The notes under the pieces were generated by a model, which worked only from the letters and a program-made list of their open reading frames with translations, made no database searches and was not told where the DNA came from. Shown in pieces: positions 37,415 to 46,996 of a stretch of DNA of 64,000 nt. The position numbers and the translations under genes are program-made. The DNA lies in assembly GCA_963805855.1 (NCBI GenBank), contig CAWDVW010000006.1, forward strand, positions 160,001-224,000, in the 5' to 3' direction. This DNA is from Candidatus Dadabacteria bacterium (GTDB lineage Bacteria > Desulfobacterota_D > UBA1144 > Nemesobacterales > CSP1-2). Each line of letters opens with the position of its first letter. Position 1 is the stretch's first letter.

Positions 37415-38479
37415 ATGCGTAGGACAACAAGGCAGATATCCTTGGGGGCCGTCAAGGTCGGCGGAGGCTCGCCCATTACAGTTCAGTCTATGACTAAGAC
37501 TGATACAAGGGATATCCAGGCAACGGTTGAAGAAATAAAGAGACTCGAATTAGCCGGTTGCGATATGGTAAGGCTTGCCGTACCGGACATGGATGCCGCG
37601 AGAGCCCTTGGTGCGATAAAAAACCAGGTGGCTATTCCCATCATCTCGGACATACATTTTGATTACCGACTTGCGCTTGAAGCGATCGACCAGGGGGTGG
37701 ATGGTATGAGGGTAAATCCTGGGAATATTGGTTCAAGGGCTAAGATTAAGGCTGTCGTTGATGCGGTTAAAGAGAGAAATATACCTATAAGGATAGGGGT
37801 TAATTCCGGTTCTCTCGAAAAGGATATATTGAAGAAATTTGGTAGCCCGAAGGCGGAAGCACTGGCTGAGAGTGCACTGAGACACGTGCAGATACTCGAG
37901 GATATGGACTTCAGGGATATTAAGATCTCAGTAAAATCCACTGACGTTATGAAAATGATTGAGTCATACAGAATTATCGCCGAAAAGACCGATTATCCCT
38001 TACATCTCGGAGTCACGGAGGCAGGAACGATTAAGATGGGTACTATCAAATCCTCAGTAGGGATAGGGACACTCTTAGCAGAGGGAATTGGAGATACAAT
38101 ACGGGTTTCCCTTACAGGTGATCCTGTTGAAGAGGTTTCTGTGGGAATAGATATCCTCAGATCATTGGGTTTAAGGAAAAATGGTGTAGAGATTGTTTCA
38201 TGTCCCGGTTGTGGACGACTTGAAATCGATCTCATGAAACTTGTTAGGGAAGCAGAATTAAGAATCAGCAATATTGATCTCGAGAGACCGGTGAAGGTTG
38301 CTATCCTCGGGTGCGTTGTAAATGGACCCGGTGAGGCATCGGAAGCGGATATTGGAATTGCTGGGGGAAGAGGGAAGGGCATGTTATATAAAGAGGGTCG
38401 ATTGGTACGATCATTTAAAGAAAGCCAACTTGTTGATGAACTGGTTAAAGAGCTGGAAAAATTTGCTTCGCTTAACTAA
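37415..38479 (+). CDS. ispG: 4-hydroxy-3-methylbut-2-en-1-yl diphosphate synthase
   Basis: VQSMT, DIHF, RVNPGNIG, SCPGCGR, GCVVNGPGEA. Confidence 0.97.
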   Translation: MRRTTRQISLGAVKVGGGSPITVQSMTKTDTRDIQATVEEIKRLELAGCDMVRLAVPDMDAARALGAIKNQVAIPIISDIHFDYRLALEAIDQGVDGMRVNPGNIGSRAKIKAVVDAVKERNIPIRIGVNSGSLEKDILKKFGSPKAEALAESALRHVQILEDMDFRDIKISVKSTDVMKMIESYRIIAEKTDYPLHLGVTEAGTIKMGTIKSSVGIGTLLAEGIGDTIRVSLTGDPVEEVSVGIDILRSLGLRKNGVEIVSCPGCGRLEIDLMKLVREAELRISNIDLERPVKVAILGCVVNGPGEASEADIGIAGGRGKGMLYKEGRLVRSFKESQLVDELVKELEKFASLN

Positions 38480-38491
38480 TCTTTTTATCGT

Positions 38492-39058
38492 TTAATCCTC
38501 ACCGATAATCTTTTTTTGTTGCATATCCTTCAACTGTTCAATCCTCTTTAAACCTTCCTTAAACCTCTTGAAGTTGTGCACGTAGTGCTCTGCCGATAGC
38601 TTTAGATTTTTAATTTCCTCATCTGTGACCTTTCTTATCACTTTTCCGGGAGTTCCCAATACAAGGGATCCGTCCGGAATCTCTTTTCCTTCTGGAATTA
38701 GGCTATTTGCACCCACAATACAGTTCTCTCCAACCCTCGCGTTATTTAAAATGACCGCGTTTATCCCGACCAAGCTGTTGTCTCCAATACTGCATCCGTG
38801 TAACATCGCTAGGTGGCCTATTGTAACTCCTTGACCGATCTGCATGGGAATGCCTTCGTCGGTATGTACTACGACTCCATCTTGAATATTGGTATTCTCA
38901 CCTATTTCTATTGGTTCATTATCACCCCTTATAACCGCATTAAACCATATGCTAACGTTATTATTTACGATTACTGAGCCAATTACGGTCGCATTTTCTG
39001 CGATAAAATAGTCTTTTGCTTTTATTTCTACCCTTCTTTCACCTAATGAATACATCAT
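38492..39058 (-). CDS. gamma carbonic anhydrase family (YrdA/PaaY-like) protein
   Basis: Hexapeptide repeats, RGD, NIQD...H, GHxAMLHGC. Confidence 0.92.
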   Translation of the reverse strand: MMYSLGERRVEIKAKDYFIAENATVIGSVIVNNNVSIWFNAVIRGDNEPIEIGENTNIQDGVVVHTDEGIPMQIGQGVTIGHLAMLHGCSIGDNSLVGINAVILNNARVGENCIVGANSLIPEGKEIPDGSLVLGTPGKVIRKVTDEEIKNLKLSAEHYVHNFKRFKEGLKRIEQLKDMQQKKIIGED

Positions 39059-39282
39059 TGTTGACTCCTTCTTCTAGCGAATTTGACCCAAAGAGTAAAT
39101 GATACATCGAGGTGTAATATTACCTACGTACACCCACTACATCCAATAGCAAGGTGCTAATAATTACGAGGGTATTCAGTAGGGGTATTCCATTACACGT
39201 AATTGCGATTCTCAGTAGACCTATGTTGCAAATTTAAGATCTTATTGGATTAGCTGGGACGATCGACTTATAATATTCATCA

Positions 39283-40344
39283 ATGAGTAAATTACATCAA
39301 AACATAAGGGGCCGTGGCTCAGCGGAGAACCCAGCCAATCGTTTTGAGAGAATCGACTATGTACCCTATGAGGAGGAAATATCGCAGGGAATCTCCCCCA
39401 AAACAGAGTATTACAAAGACTCGACTCGATCCATAATCGCTTACAATGATAGTCCGGATGTCGGTTTTAATGCCGGTATCAATCCTTATAGGGGCTGCGA
39501 GCATGGTTGTATTTACTGTTATGCCAGGCCTAGTCATGAGTACTTCGGACTTTCACTTGGCTTAGATTTTGAGACGAAAATTTTTGTTAAAGAAGATGCT
39601 CCACACCTACTGCGTAAGGAATTATCGTCTCCTGACTGGACAGCTCAGGCAATTGCACTGAGTGGTAATACCGATCCATATCAGCCAGCGGAGCGACATT
39701 TTCAATTGACCAGGGAGTGTTTAAGGGTTTTGGCTGAGTTCAGGAATCCTGTGGGAATCGTCACGAAGAATTATCTTGTCACACGCGACATTGATGTTTT
39801 GAAAACGCTTTCTGAATATGATGCAGCACTTGTTGCAGTTTCGTTAACAACTCTAGACCCAAATCTAGCAAGAGCAATGGAGCCTAGAACTTCACACCCC
39901 GAATATCGATTGAAGGCTATTCAAACGCTTTCTGAAAATGGTATCCCGACCATGGTATTGATTGCACCCGTTATTCCAGGTCTCACAGATCATGAAATAC
40001 CGAATATCATTCAAAGAGCGGTAAATGCCGGTGCTGAGCAGGCAGGATACATAATGCTTCGTTTACCATATGGTGTAGGCGAGCTTTTTCAAAATTGGTT
40101 GGAAGCACATTACCCAAATAAAAAAAATAAGGTTCTAAATCGTATCCTTTCGATCCGTGGCGGAAAGCTTAATTCGAATGAATTCTACGAAAGGATGAAG
40201 GGTAATGGTATTTTTGCCGAGCAAATACGAAAAATATTCGAGCTAGCCTGTCGTAAGGCGGGAATCGAAGGGAATAAGTTCGAACTTTCCAAAGAGAATT
40301 TCCGCTGCCCCGGGGCATCAGAGCAATTAAGGCTTTTTGATTAG
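39283..40344 (+). CDS. PA0069/Rv2578c-family radical SAM protein
   Basis: GRG...NPANRFE, NPYRGCEHGCIYCYARP, TDPYQPAE, QLRLF tail. Confidence 0.92.
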   Translation: MSKLHQNIRGRGSAENPANRFERIDYVPYEEEISQGISPKTEYYKDSTRSIIAYNDSPDVGFNAGINPYRGCEHGCIYCYARPSHEYFGLSLGLDFETKIFVKEDAPHLLRKELSSPDWTAQAIALSGNTDPYQPAERHFQLTRECLRVLAEFRNPVGIVTKNYLVTRDIDVLKTLSEYDAALVAVSLTTLDPNLARAMEPRTSHPEYRLKAIQTLSENGIPTMVLIAPVIPGLTDHEIPNIIQRAVNAGAEQAGYIMLRLPYGVGELFQNWLEAHYPNKKNKVLNRILSIRGGKLNSNEFYERMKGNGIFAEQIRKIFELACRKAGIEGNKFELSKENFRCPGASEQLRLFD

Positions 40345-40500
40345 TTTTTCGGGTTCCGTCTTTTTACTTAACTCTAAATAGATGTGAATCCTAAGATCAG
40401 GTCTTTCAAACAAAATCAGTTACAAAATGTCATGAATGATAGCACGGTAAACCGATATATCCAAGATATCAACGACGGTCTATGTATCATTCTAGTCGTT

Positions 40501-40980
40501 CTAATCTCCGAATGTGTATTTAATTCCGTGTTCTTCGCACCAATCCTTCGCGATATCTACTAGTGCAGCCTCCTTGTATCTGTACCACTCATCGTGAATT
40601 CCATATTCATGGATGGTATCTTTGAAACGACGAAACGCCCCGCGTCCTTGGATAAGCTCACATAGCTCTTGAGATATACCTATATCAGGATATTCTCTGC
40701 TGAACCTTTCCATGATACTATATTCGTGAATATCAAATGATGTTGGAAGTGGTACAAACCTTCCTAGTTTGTCTTCCAATACCAGGCGTGCCAATGTAAT
40801 CAATTCCCGATGCCATTCCGGATAATGTTCAATCGGTTCGCCATCTTCAACAGCATTGAATTCCTCATCCGAGAGCATTATTACCTCTCCCGTATTAGTG
40901 TCGAGATAGTACTTGTGAATCTCAGATTGGAATCCGAGTGCGTCTACAATATCTTCTAATCTGCAGCGAGTCATGATCAA
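40501..40980 (-). CDS. UPF0158 family protein
   Basis: YYLDTNTGEVI, EYSIMERF, GRGAFRRFKD, W...W. Confidence 0.88.
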   Translation of the reverse strand: MIMTRCRLEDIVDALGFQSEIHKYYLDTNTGEVIMLSDEEFNAVEDGEPIEHYPEWHRELITLARLVLEDKLGRFVPLPTSFDIHEYSIMERFSREYPDIGISQELCELIQGRGAFRRFKDTIHEYGIHDEWYRYKEAALVDIAKDWCEEHGIKYTFGD

Positions 40981-41016
40981 GTAAGAAAAATCGCATTTAT
41001 TTAAAATTCTGGTTAA

Positions 41017-41493
41017 TTATTCAGAAACAACAAATTCTCTTTCCTGAAGTTTTATGATCAGTGGTTTAAATTTCTCGACCTTCACGCGGTGCTCTCCTGG
41101 TGAATCGTAACTCGCGAATATAAAGGTTGCAATTGGTGTCTCTTCTGATTTAGTTGTATATTCTAGTTGTAGTTGATTTCCAGGAGTGATTTCGCGACCG
41201 ATCACGAATACATTACCTTCAAATTGGTCAATGTATTTGTTTTTTGAGGCAAACCAGTCGCTCGCAGTGGTGGATTCAAGGGTTCGTGCAACTTGATCAT
41301 CATATGCAGATACTATGTCTACAGCAACTGCTGAGCCCATATTTGCATTTCTGTCGCCGTCAATGGTGATCAGTTGAACTTTGCCAGTAGTCTTTTTTGT
41401 TGTGTCATTAGTTTTAGCGGCACAGGTTAAAATCATAATCGTTAAGCTAATAAACATGCAAAAGGATAAATATTTTTTACTTCCGTCAATCAT
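41017..41493 (-). CDS. lipoprotein resembling T6SS TssJ/VasD
   Basis: Lipobox ILTC; NANMGSAVAVDIV...WF...EITPG...FIFASYDSPGEHR. Confidence 0.65.
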   Translation of the reverse strand: MIDGSKKYLSFCMFISLTIMILTCAAKTNDTTKKTTGKVQLITIDGDRNANMGSAVAVDIVSAYDDQVARTLESTTASDWFASKNKYIDQFEGNVFVIGREITPGNQLQLEYTTKSEETPIATFIFASYDSPGEHRVKVEKFKPLIIKLQEREFVVSE

Positions 41494-41676
41494 TTTCTTT
41501 CTCCCCCCAAGTTTAAGAATTATAAATTTCGATAAATCCCTAATACAACTTATTGTTATTAAATCATCTTACAATACTTTATATTAATGAAAAGTAGCAA
41601 TTCGATTGGCAACTAATTAATGATATATTGCATTTAACGGTAAAATCGGTAATTTATCCATCCTGAGGCAACTAGC

Positions 41677-43404
41677 TTGAGATACAAAGATTTTTTTATC
41701 CCGACGCTAAAGGAAGATCCCGCCGACGCGGAGGTATTAAGCCAGAGGTTAATGATCCGGGCGGGGATGATAAGAAAACTTGCGGCGGGAATCTATAATT
41801 ACCTGCCTTTAGGGCTTCGTTCTATCAGAAAGGTTGAGAACATAGTCAGGGAAGAGATGAACCGCGCAGGAGCAATTGAGTTGCTGATGCCCTTCGTACT
41901 TCCTTCGGAACTTTGGAAGGAAAGCGGCCGGTGGGAGAAATATGGAAAGGAGCTTTTGAGATTTAAGGACAGGGCTGAGAGGGAATTCTGCATCGGGCCA
42001 ACGCACGAGGAGGTAATTACAGATATTGTTAGGAAGGAATTCAGGTCGTACAAACAACTCCCTGTTAACCTTTATCAGATCCAAGCAAAATTTAGAGATG
42101 AAATTCGTCCTCGTTTTGGTGTGATGAGAGCAAGAGAATTCATAATGAAAGATGGTTACAGTTTTGATGCAGACGGTGAGGGAGCGGAAAGGTCTTACTG
42201 GTTAATGTACGAAGCATATAACCGTATTTTTGAGAGATGTGGTCTCGAGTTTCGGGCTGTCCTTGCGGATACGGGAAACATTGGCGGGAGCTTTTCACAT
42301 GAATTTATGGTTCTTGCTCCAACAGGCGAAGACATAATAATGAGTTGTAATAAGTGTGACTATGCCGCGAATCTGGAGCTTGCAGAGATAGGTGATAGAA
42401 GAAAAAATGAAACTACTAAAGACAATGAAGAGAGCATGAGTTTATCTGAAGTACATACCCCCGATCTGAAATCTGTTGAAGGTGTTTCGTCATTTCTAAG
42501 AGTGCGCCCCAGTAAATTAATAAAAACAATGATAATAGAGACAGAGGGTGAACCCGTTGCTGCGCTTGTGAGGGGTGACCATGAATTAAGTCTTACAAAA
42601 CTTAAGAGGGCTATAGATGCCGAATATGTCGAACTTGCGACAGAAAAAGCGATCGAAGAAGTTACGAGCGGGCCAATTGGTTTTAGTGGACCAGTCGGAA
42701 TCAAGATAAATGTTATAGCGGATCGGGCAATCGAGAATATTAGAAATGGTATTACGGGCGCGAATAAAAAGGACTTCCATCTGATAAATGTCAATCTGAA
42801 TAGGGACTTCTCCGCTGATAAGTTTGCGGATATTCGGGTAGCGTGTAACGACGACCCCTGTCCGAAATGTGGCGCTGGCTCTCTAAATTCAAGCCGCGGT
42901 ATAGAGGTAGGGCATGTTTTTATGTTGGGTACCAAATATAGCGAGGCGATGGATGCTACTTTTGTAGATGCTTCCGGTAAAGAGAGGTTTTTTATTATGG
43001 GTTGCTATGGTATTGGGATAGGTAGAACTGTTGCCGCAGCAATAGAGCAGAATTATGACGACAACGGGATAGTTCTCCCTATCTCAATTGCCCCATTCGA
43101 GGTGATTATACTCCCACTCAACATTAGGCAGGAGCAAATATTTAATGTAGCTGAGGATCTTTACTCAAAATTGAACCAATCCGGTATTGAGGTCGTGATT
43201 GACGATAGAGAGGAGAGTGCAGGAATTAAATTCAAGGATGCAGATTTATTGGGGATCCCGATTCATATTGTAATAGGCCAAAGAACACTTAAAGAGGATT
43301 CGGTGGAGATAAAGCTGAGGAAAGGTGGGGTATCAAGGAAGGTGAAAGTAAGGGAAGTCGAAAAGGAAATCAGGTCTATTCTTTTATCGACGAGCCAAAT
43401 GTAA
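41677..43404 (+). CDS. proS: proline--tRNA ligase (bacterial type with editing domain)
   Basis: GPTHEE, FRDEIRPRFGVMRAREF, GIEVGHVF, MGCYGIG. Confidence 0.97.
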   Translation: MRYKDFFIPTLKEDPADAEVLSQRLMIRAGMIRKLAAGIYNYLPLGLRSIRKVENIVREEMNRAGAIELLMPFVLPSELWKESGRWEKYGKELLRFKDRAEREFCIGPTHEEVITDIVRKEFRSYKQLPVNLYQIQAKFRDEIRPRFGVMRAREFIMKDGYSFDADGEGAERSYWLMYEAYNRIFERCGLEFRAVLADTGNIGGSFSHEFMVLAPTGEDIIMSCNKCDYAANLELAEIGDRRKNETTKDNEESMSLSEVHTPDLKSVEGVSSFLRVRPSKLIKTMIIETEGEPVAALVRGDHELSLTKLKRAIDAEYVELATEKAIEEVTSGPIGFSGPVGIKINVIADRAIENIRNGITGANKKDFHLINVNLNRDFSADKFADIRVACNDDPCPKCGAGSLNSSRGIEVGHVFMLGTKYSEAMDATFVDASGKERFFIMGCYGIGIGRTVAAAIEQNYDDNGIVLPISIAPFEVIILPLNIRQEQIFNVAEDLYSKLNQSGIEVVIDDREESAGIKFKDADLLGIPIHIVIGQRTLKEDSVEIKLRKGGVSRKVKVREVEKEIRSILLSTSQM

Positions 43405-43480
43405 AGAGATGCAGGATGCACGATGCATGATCCATGATTAAGAAAAACTTTTACGTTCATCTTGCATCAATCTTTAAAAA

Positions 43481-44219
43481 ATGTCTAAACTTGACCTTAA
43501 ACCCGAAGAACGAATAATTTTAGCCCTGGATATTCCCTGAATTAGAAGGGGCTAAAGCCTGGGTCAAAGGCTTCGCGGCAAAGATTAAAACGTTCAAGGT
43601 CGGCCCGATCCTTTTTTTAAACTGTGGGCCGCAGGGAATCAGAGATCTCGCAGAAACGGGAGCTCGGATATTTCTGGATCTTAAATTCCACGATATTCCC
43701 TCAACTGCGGAAAAGTCCGCAAAACAAGTTGTTGGTTATGGAATTAGTATGTTTACTGTCCATGCCCTGGGCGGGTTTGAAATGATGAGAGCGGTTTCGG
43801 AGGGTGTAAAAGCGGAATCCGAAAGATTGTCACAGCCTAAACCCCTCATACTTGCGGTAACTATTCTAACAAGTCACAGTGAAGGGGAAATAGATGAGTT
43901 AGGGATTAAAGGTTTACCGATAGAATCGGTTCTCAGGCTGGCTGATATTGCAGACGTAGCTGGCGTGGATGGAATAGTATGTTCGGGTATGGAGGTGGAG
44001 GTGTTAAAAAAAGAATTCGGTGATAGGTTTAAATTTGTTGTTCCGGGTATAAGGCTCGATAAGTGCGCTCAAGACCAAAAAAGAATTGTGACTCCTTCTG
44101 AAGCTGTTTCTTTGGGAGCAGATTATCTTGTAATAGGGCGGGCTATAACCGGATCGAAAAATCCCGAAGATGTGCTTGATGAAATTATCCATTCTATAAC
44201 TCAAACCGTTTCCAATTAA
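43481..44219 (+). CDS. pyrF: orotidine-5'-phosphate decarboxylase (apparent +1 frameshift at CCC 43535-43537)
   Basis: IILALD in one frame, then FKVG, FLDLKFHDIP, VTILTS, PGIR, DQKR and VIGRAI in the next. Confidence 0.92.
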
Positions 44220-44256
44220 AAAGTGTTTATATAGTCTATATTAAAAACACAAACTG

Positions 44257-44279
44257 TAGGAGTGGCTTCTAGCCACGAT
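44257..44279 (+). repeat. GTAG-type REP-like palindrome
   Basis: GTAGGAGTGGCTTCTAGCCACGA. Confidence 0.5.
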
Positions 44280-44393
44280 TCATATGCACCAAAATAATGA
44301 TCCTAGCAATTTTATCGATATGAACATTTAGTATTTGGAGATAGGATCAGTTGGATTTGAGCCCAACGACTGACAAGCTTTCATGAGCTCTTT

Positions 44394-44723
44394 CTATTCA
44401 GGAATGTCCAGCGCGATTCGCAGAGCTTGGTCTAAGACCTCGATTTTCGATGGCGGGAGTGCGCCAACGTAATTAGTTAGAGCTGATTTCGGCAAACTCA
44501 CCAATTCGTCACAGTGTATGCTGCTGTCGTGCTTAAGACCTTCTCCTGGTCCCACCAATACCTGTGTAGACAAACCATCATGTATTGAATATATTGGTGC
44601 ACATATGACGGTAGAAAAGTGTGAATCGATTAGGACTTGACGACTGACTACTACAAATACCCTGTATTTTCTTGGATCTCTGGCCGAAGGGTGAGCGACG
44701 CGATAGAGTTCACCACGTTTCAC
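44394..44723 (-). CDS. PemK/MazF-family toxin
   Basis: MKRGELY...[10 protein letters not shown]...VICAPI...[11 protein letters not shown]. Confidence 0.9.
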   Translation of the reverse strand: MKRGELYRVAHPSARDPRKYRVFVVVSRQVLIDSHFSTVICAPIYSIHDGLSTQVLVGPGEGLKHDSSIHCDELVSLPKSALTNYVGALPPSKIEVLDQALRIALDIPE

Positions 44724-44950
44724 GGAATCACCTGATAGTTCAAGACATCAGCTGCTTCTTTATTAAGGCGTTCGACTTGTCGATTTATTATGGCTAAGTC
44801 TCTGGCGTTCTGTTCGTCGCGAATCATCTTTGCCATGTATGCACGTAGGGCCGATTCGATGAATTCGGAGCGGTTCTTGAATTGTACTGACTGCTTATCA
44901 ATGGCTTGAAGAAGGTCTTCAGAAAGTGTGATGGAGGTCTTTATTTTCAT
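44720..44950 (-). CDS. ribbon-helix-helix antitoxin
   Basis: [15 protein letters not shown]...[10 protein letters not shown]; overlaps the toxin start. Confidence 0.88.
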   Translation of the reverse strand: MKIKTSITLSEDLLQAIDKQSVQFKNRSEFIESALRAYMAKMIRDEQNARDLAIINRQVERLNKEAADVLNYQVIP

Positions 44951-45281
44951 ACCACTAATATACTCCATATGGATTTCTTGTCAATAACCCCTTGCGGGTT
45001 TCCCCATGACCTGAGTCAAGCAGAAAGGGACTATCGATCATCTTTTCGGGTACAAGCGTTGTTGAATATTTAAGAGTAGTGACGTCCGCTGAGGCTATTT
45101 ATCTAGTTGCGAACTACCAAGTAATAATACGGGCTAGAACAGGAGCAAATATCCGCAACACCATTCTTGATGAGATTATCCTCTTTATATCTTAGTCAGG
45201 CGGCCATGCTGTTGCCTCGCTGCCCGGGCGGGTGGCCGGGTACTCTGATTGTCCGGTTGTTTCAGGTGGTTATGACCCCCA

Positions 45282-45599
45282 CTAGCGGTTGCCTAACCGT
45301 CCGAGGGTGCTGTCGAGTGTACGCTTCAACTTCTCGGCGGCGCCGTCAACGGCCTGTTCCAGAGTCGCCGCCTGATGGCTCACCGCGATCGGCTGGAGAC
45401 CGGCGAGACGGGCCTCCAGCAGGCAGCGTTTATCCTCGATGCCGGATTGTTTGTCGCTGTTCTCGTCGCTAAGGTGGATTTCCACCCGTGTGATTTGCTC
45501 GCTGAAGCGGTCTAAGGCGTTTCTTACTACGGCTTCGACCTGTTGGGCCAGCGCGTCATCGCCTTCGATGTTGCTATCAGTGTTGATCTGAATGAGCAT
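45282..45599 (-). CDS. HPF/RaiA-family ribosome-associated protein
   Basis: MLIQINTD...ITRVEIHLSDEN...DKRCLLEAR. Confidence 0.9.
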   Translation of the reverse strand: MLIQINTDSNIEGDDALAQQVEAVVRNALDRFSEQITRVEIHLSDENSDKQSGIEDKRCLLEARLAGLQPIAVSHQAATLEQAVDGAAEKLKRTLDSTLGRLGNR

Positions 45600-45634
45600 G
45601 TGTCTATCCCTTACATGGCCGTCATGGCGGCGCT

Positions 45635-46185
45635 TCAGTAGCGGTAGATCGCAGCTATTCCCGTCTCCGAAGGCATCCGCTCGGCGGGGACGATTACGAC
45701 CTGTCCGCCCATCTTCAGGGCCAGCGCCCCAGGTCGTCCAGCACGTCATCAACCTCCGGGTGTGCCAGATCGTCAAACTCGATGTCGCCGGTCGCGGCAT
45801 CAATCCGGCCGGGAACCTCACGGCGGGCTTCGATCAGTAGCGTGGCGACCCGCCCGCCCGTGGCGACCTGGGCCAGTTCGTCGTCACCGAGGCCCTTGGC
45901 CTTCGCGTTCCCGAACTCCTCGACCAGTTCGGCCAGGCGCGCCAAATAGTGAGGCTCGATAATCTGCCAGGCGCGCTGGCGGAGTTCGTCGATGGACGAC
46001 AGGGCATCCGGGTGGATATCGATGCTTTCTTCTATCAGGAACGGGTTGTGGCTGACTCGGTGGAAAAGATGATGATGCTCCGGCAATCCCGCCAAGATCT
46101 GCGCCAGGCCCGATGGCCGCGAGAGGCAGGGGGGCTCACAAGCGGCCAAGCGCCCCGCTGCGTCGTCTTTATCGAGCATGTTCAT
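45635..46185 (-). pseudogene. baeRF3-family release-factor-like gene with a large in-frame internal deletion and a late frameshift
   Basis: N-terminal CEPPCLS joined directly to RPSGL..ILAGLPEHHH; GRVATLLIE; tail GGQVVIVPAERMP..GIAAIYRY* in another frame; GC-rich. Confidence 0.75.
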
Positions 46186-46367
46186 TTTTTCCTCTCTCTT
46201 ACGTAATGCACTATAATTCCCTATGAGGGTACTATACTATACTGCAAGGCGTTTAATATTCGTATTATAACAAATCTAATTTGGATTCAAAGGGCTTTCG
46301 CGAAGGGTGTCGCGAACGGTGGGTTAAGACGGGTCGCTAGTCGCTGTAGTTTTCTAGAAAACCATAG

Positions 46368-46907
46368 CTAAAGCAACACTGGCGCCGATTCAGGTAGCAG
46401 ATGGAAAAAGCGTGTGCAATATAAGACAAAGATCAGCTTGCCATTGGGGAGCCGCTCTATGATCCAGTCTTCCCCCGCAACGGCCTTAATCAGGCTGGAT
46501 TCCGCGGAAGGAGGTTCAATGTATCGGGCCTCCCAATAGACGGTTCCAATCGCTCTATCGCGCGGTGGGGCGTCGGAGATTAGGGTAAGGTGAAAATCTC
46601 GGAGAAGATGTCTTTCGGCCGGCCACTTAGTATGACGCAGACGATGGTCTTCAAGCGTGAAGGTCTGTCCGTTGGGTGCATAGATCCGGGCATCGGAATG
46701 GCAGAAGAGTCTGCCGCTGCTACCCGCAGACTCTCCTGATGCAACGCCATGAAACCAGTCGTCTGCTAGATCGCAGACTTCCTTCACTGTAATCGCCCCG
46801 AGATGGGATCTAATGCTGAAATCTTCAAATCTTTTCTCGTTCCTCAGAATAATTAGGGTATTTCCCCAAGTTAATAGCACCAGAAAAATCGCGAGACTAC
46901 ATCCCAT
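46368..46907 (-). CDS. hypothetical protein, NTF2/SnoaL-like (start uncertain)
   Basis: F...DARIYAPNG...RAIGTVYWEARY...EDWIIER pattern. Confidence 0.5.
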   Translation of the reverse strand: MGCSLAIFLVLLTWGNTLIILRNEKRFEDFSIRSHLGAITVKEVCDLADDWFHGVASGESAGSSGRLFCHSDARIYAPNGQTFTLEDHRLRHTKWPAERHLLRDFHLTLISDAPPRDRAIGTVYWEARYIEPPSAESSLIKAVAGEDWIIERLPNGKLIFVLYCTRFFHLLPESAPVLL

Positions 46908-46996
46908 GAAACCTTTTTATCGAGTTTCGGAAACAATTTAATTGATCATTATGACAATTGTGGGGCACGCTGCTACGTGTAACTAAAGTTCTTGTA

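Noticed and set aside
43531-43540. Programmed +1 frameshift (CCC-TGA) in pyrF
   Set aside because: CCC-UGA is shift-prone, but there is no internal SD at suitable spacing and other indels in the window point to sequencing error. Not excluded without reads.
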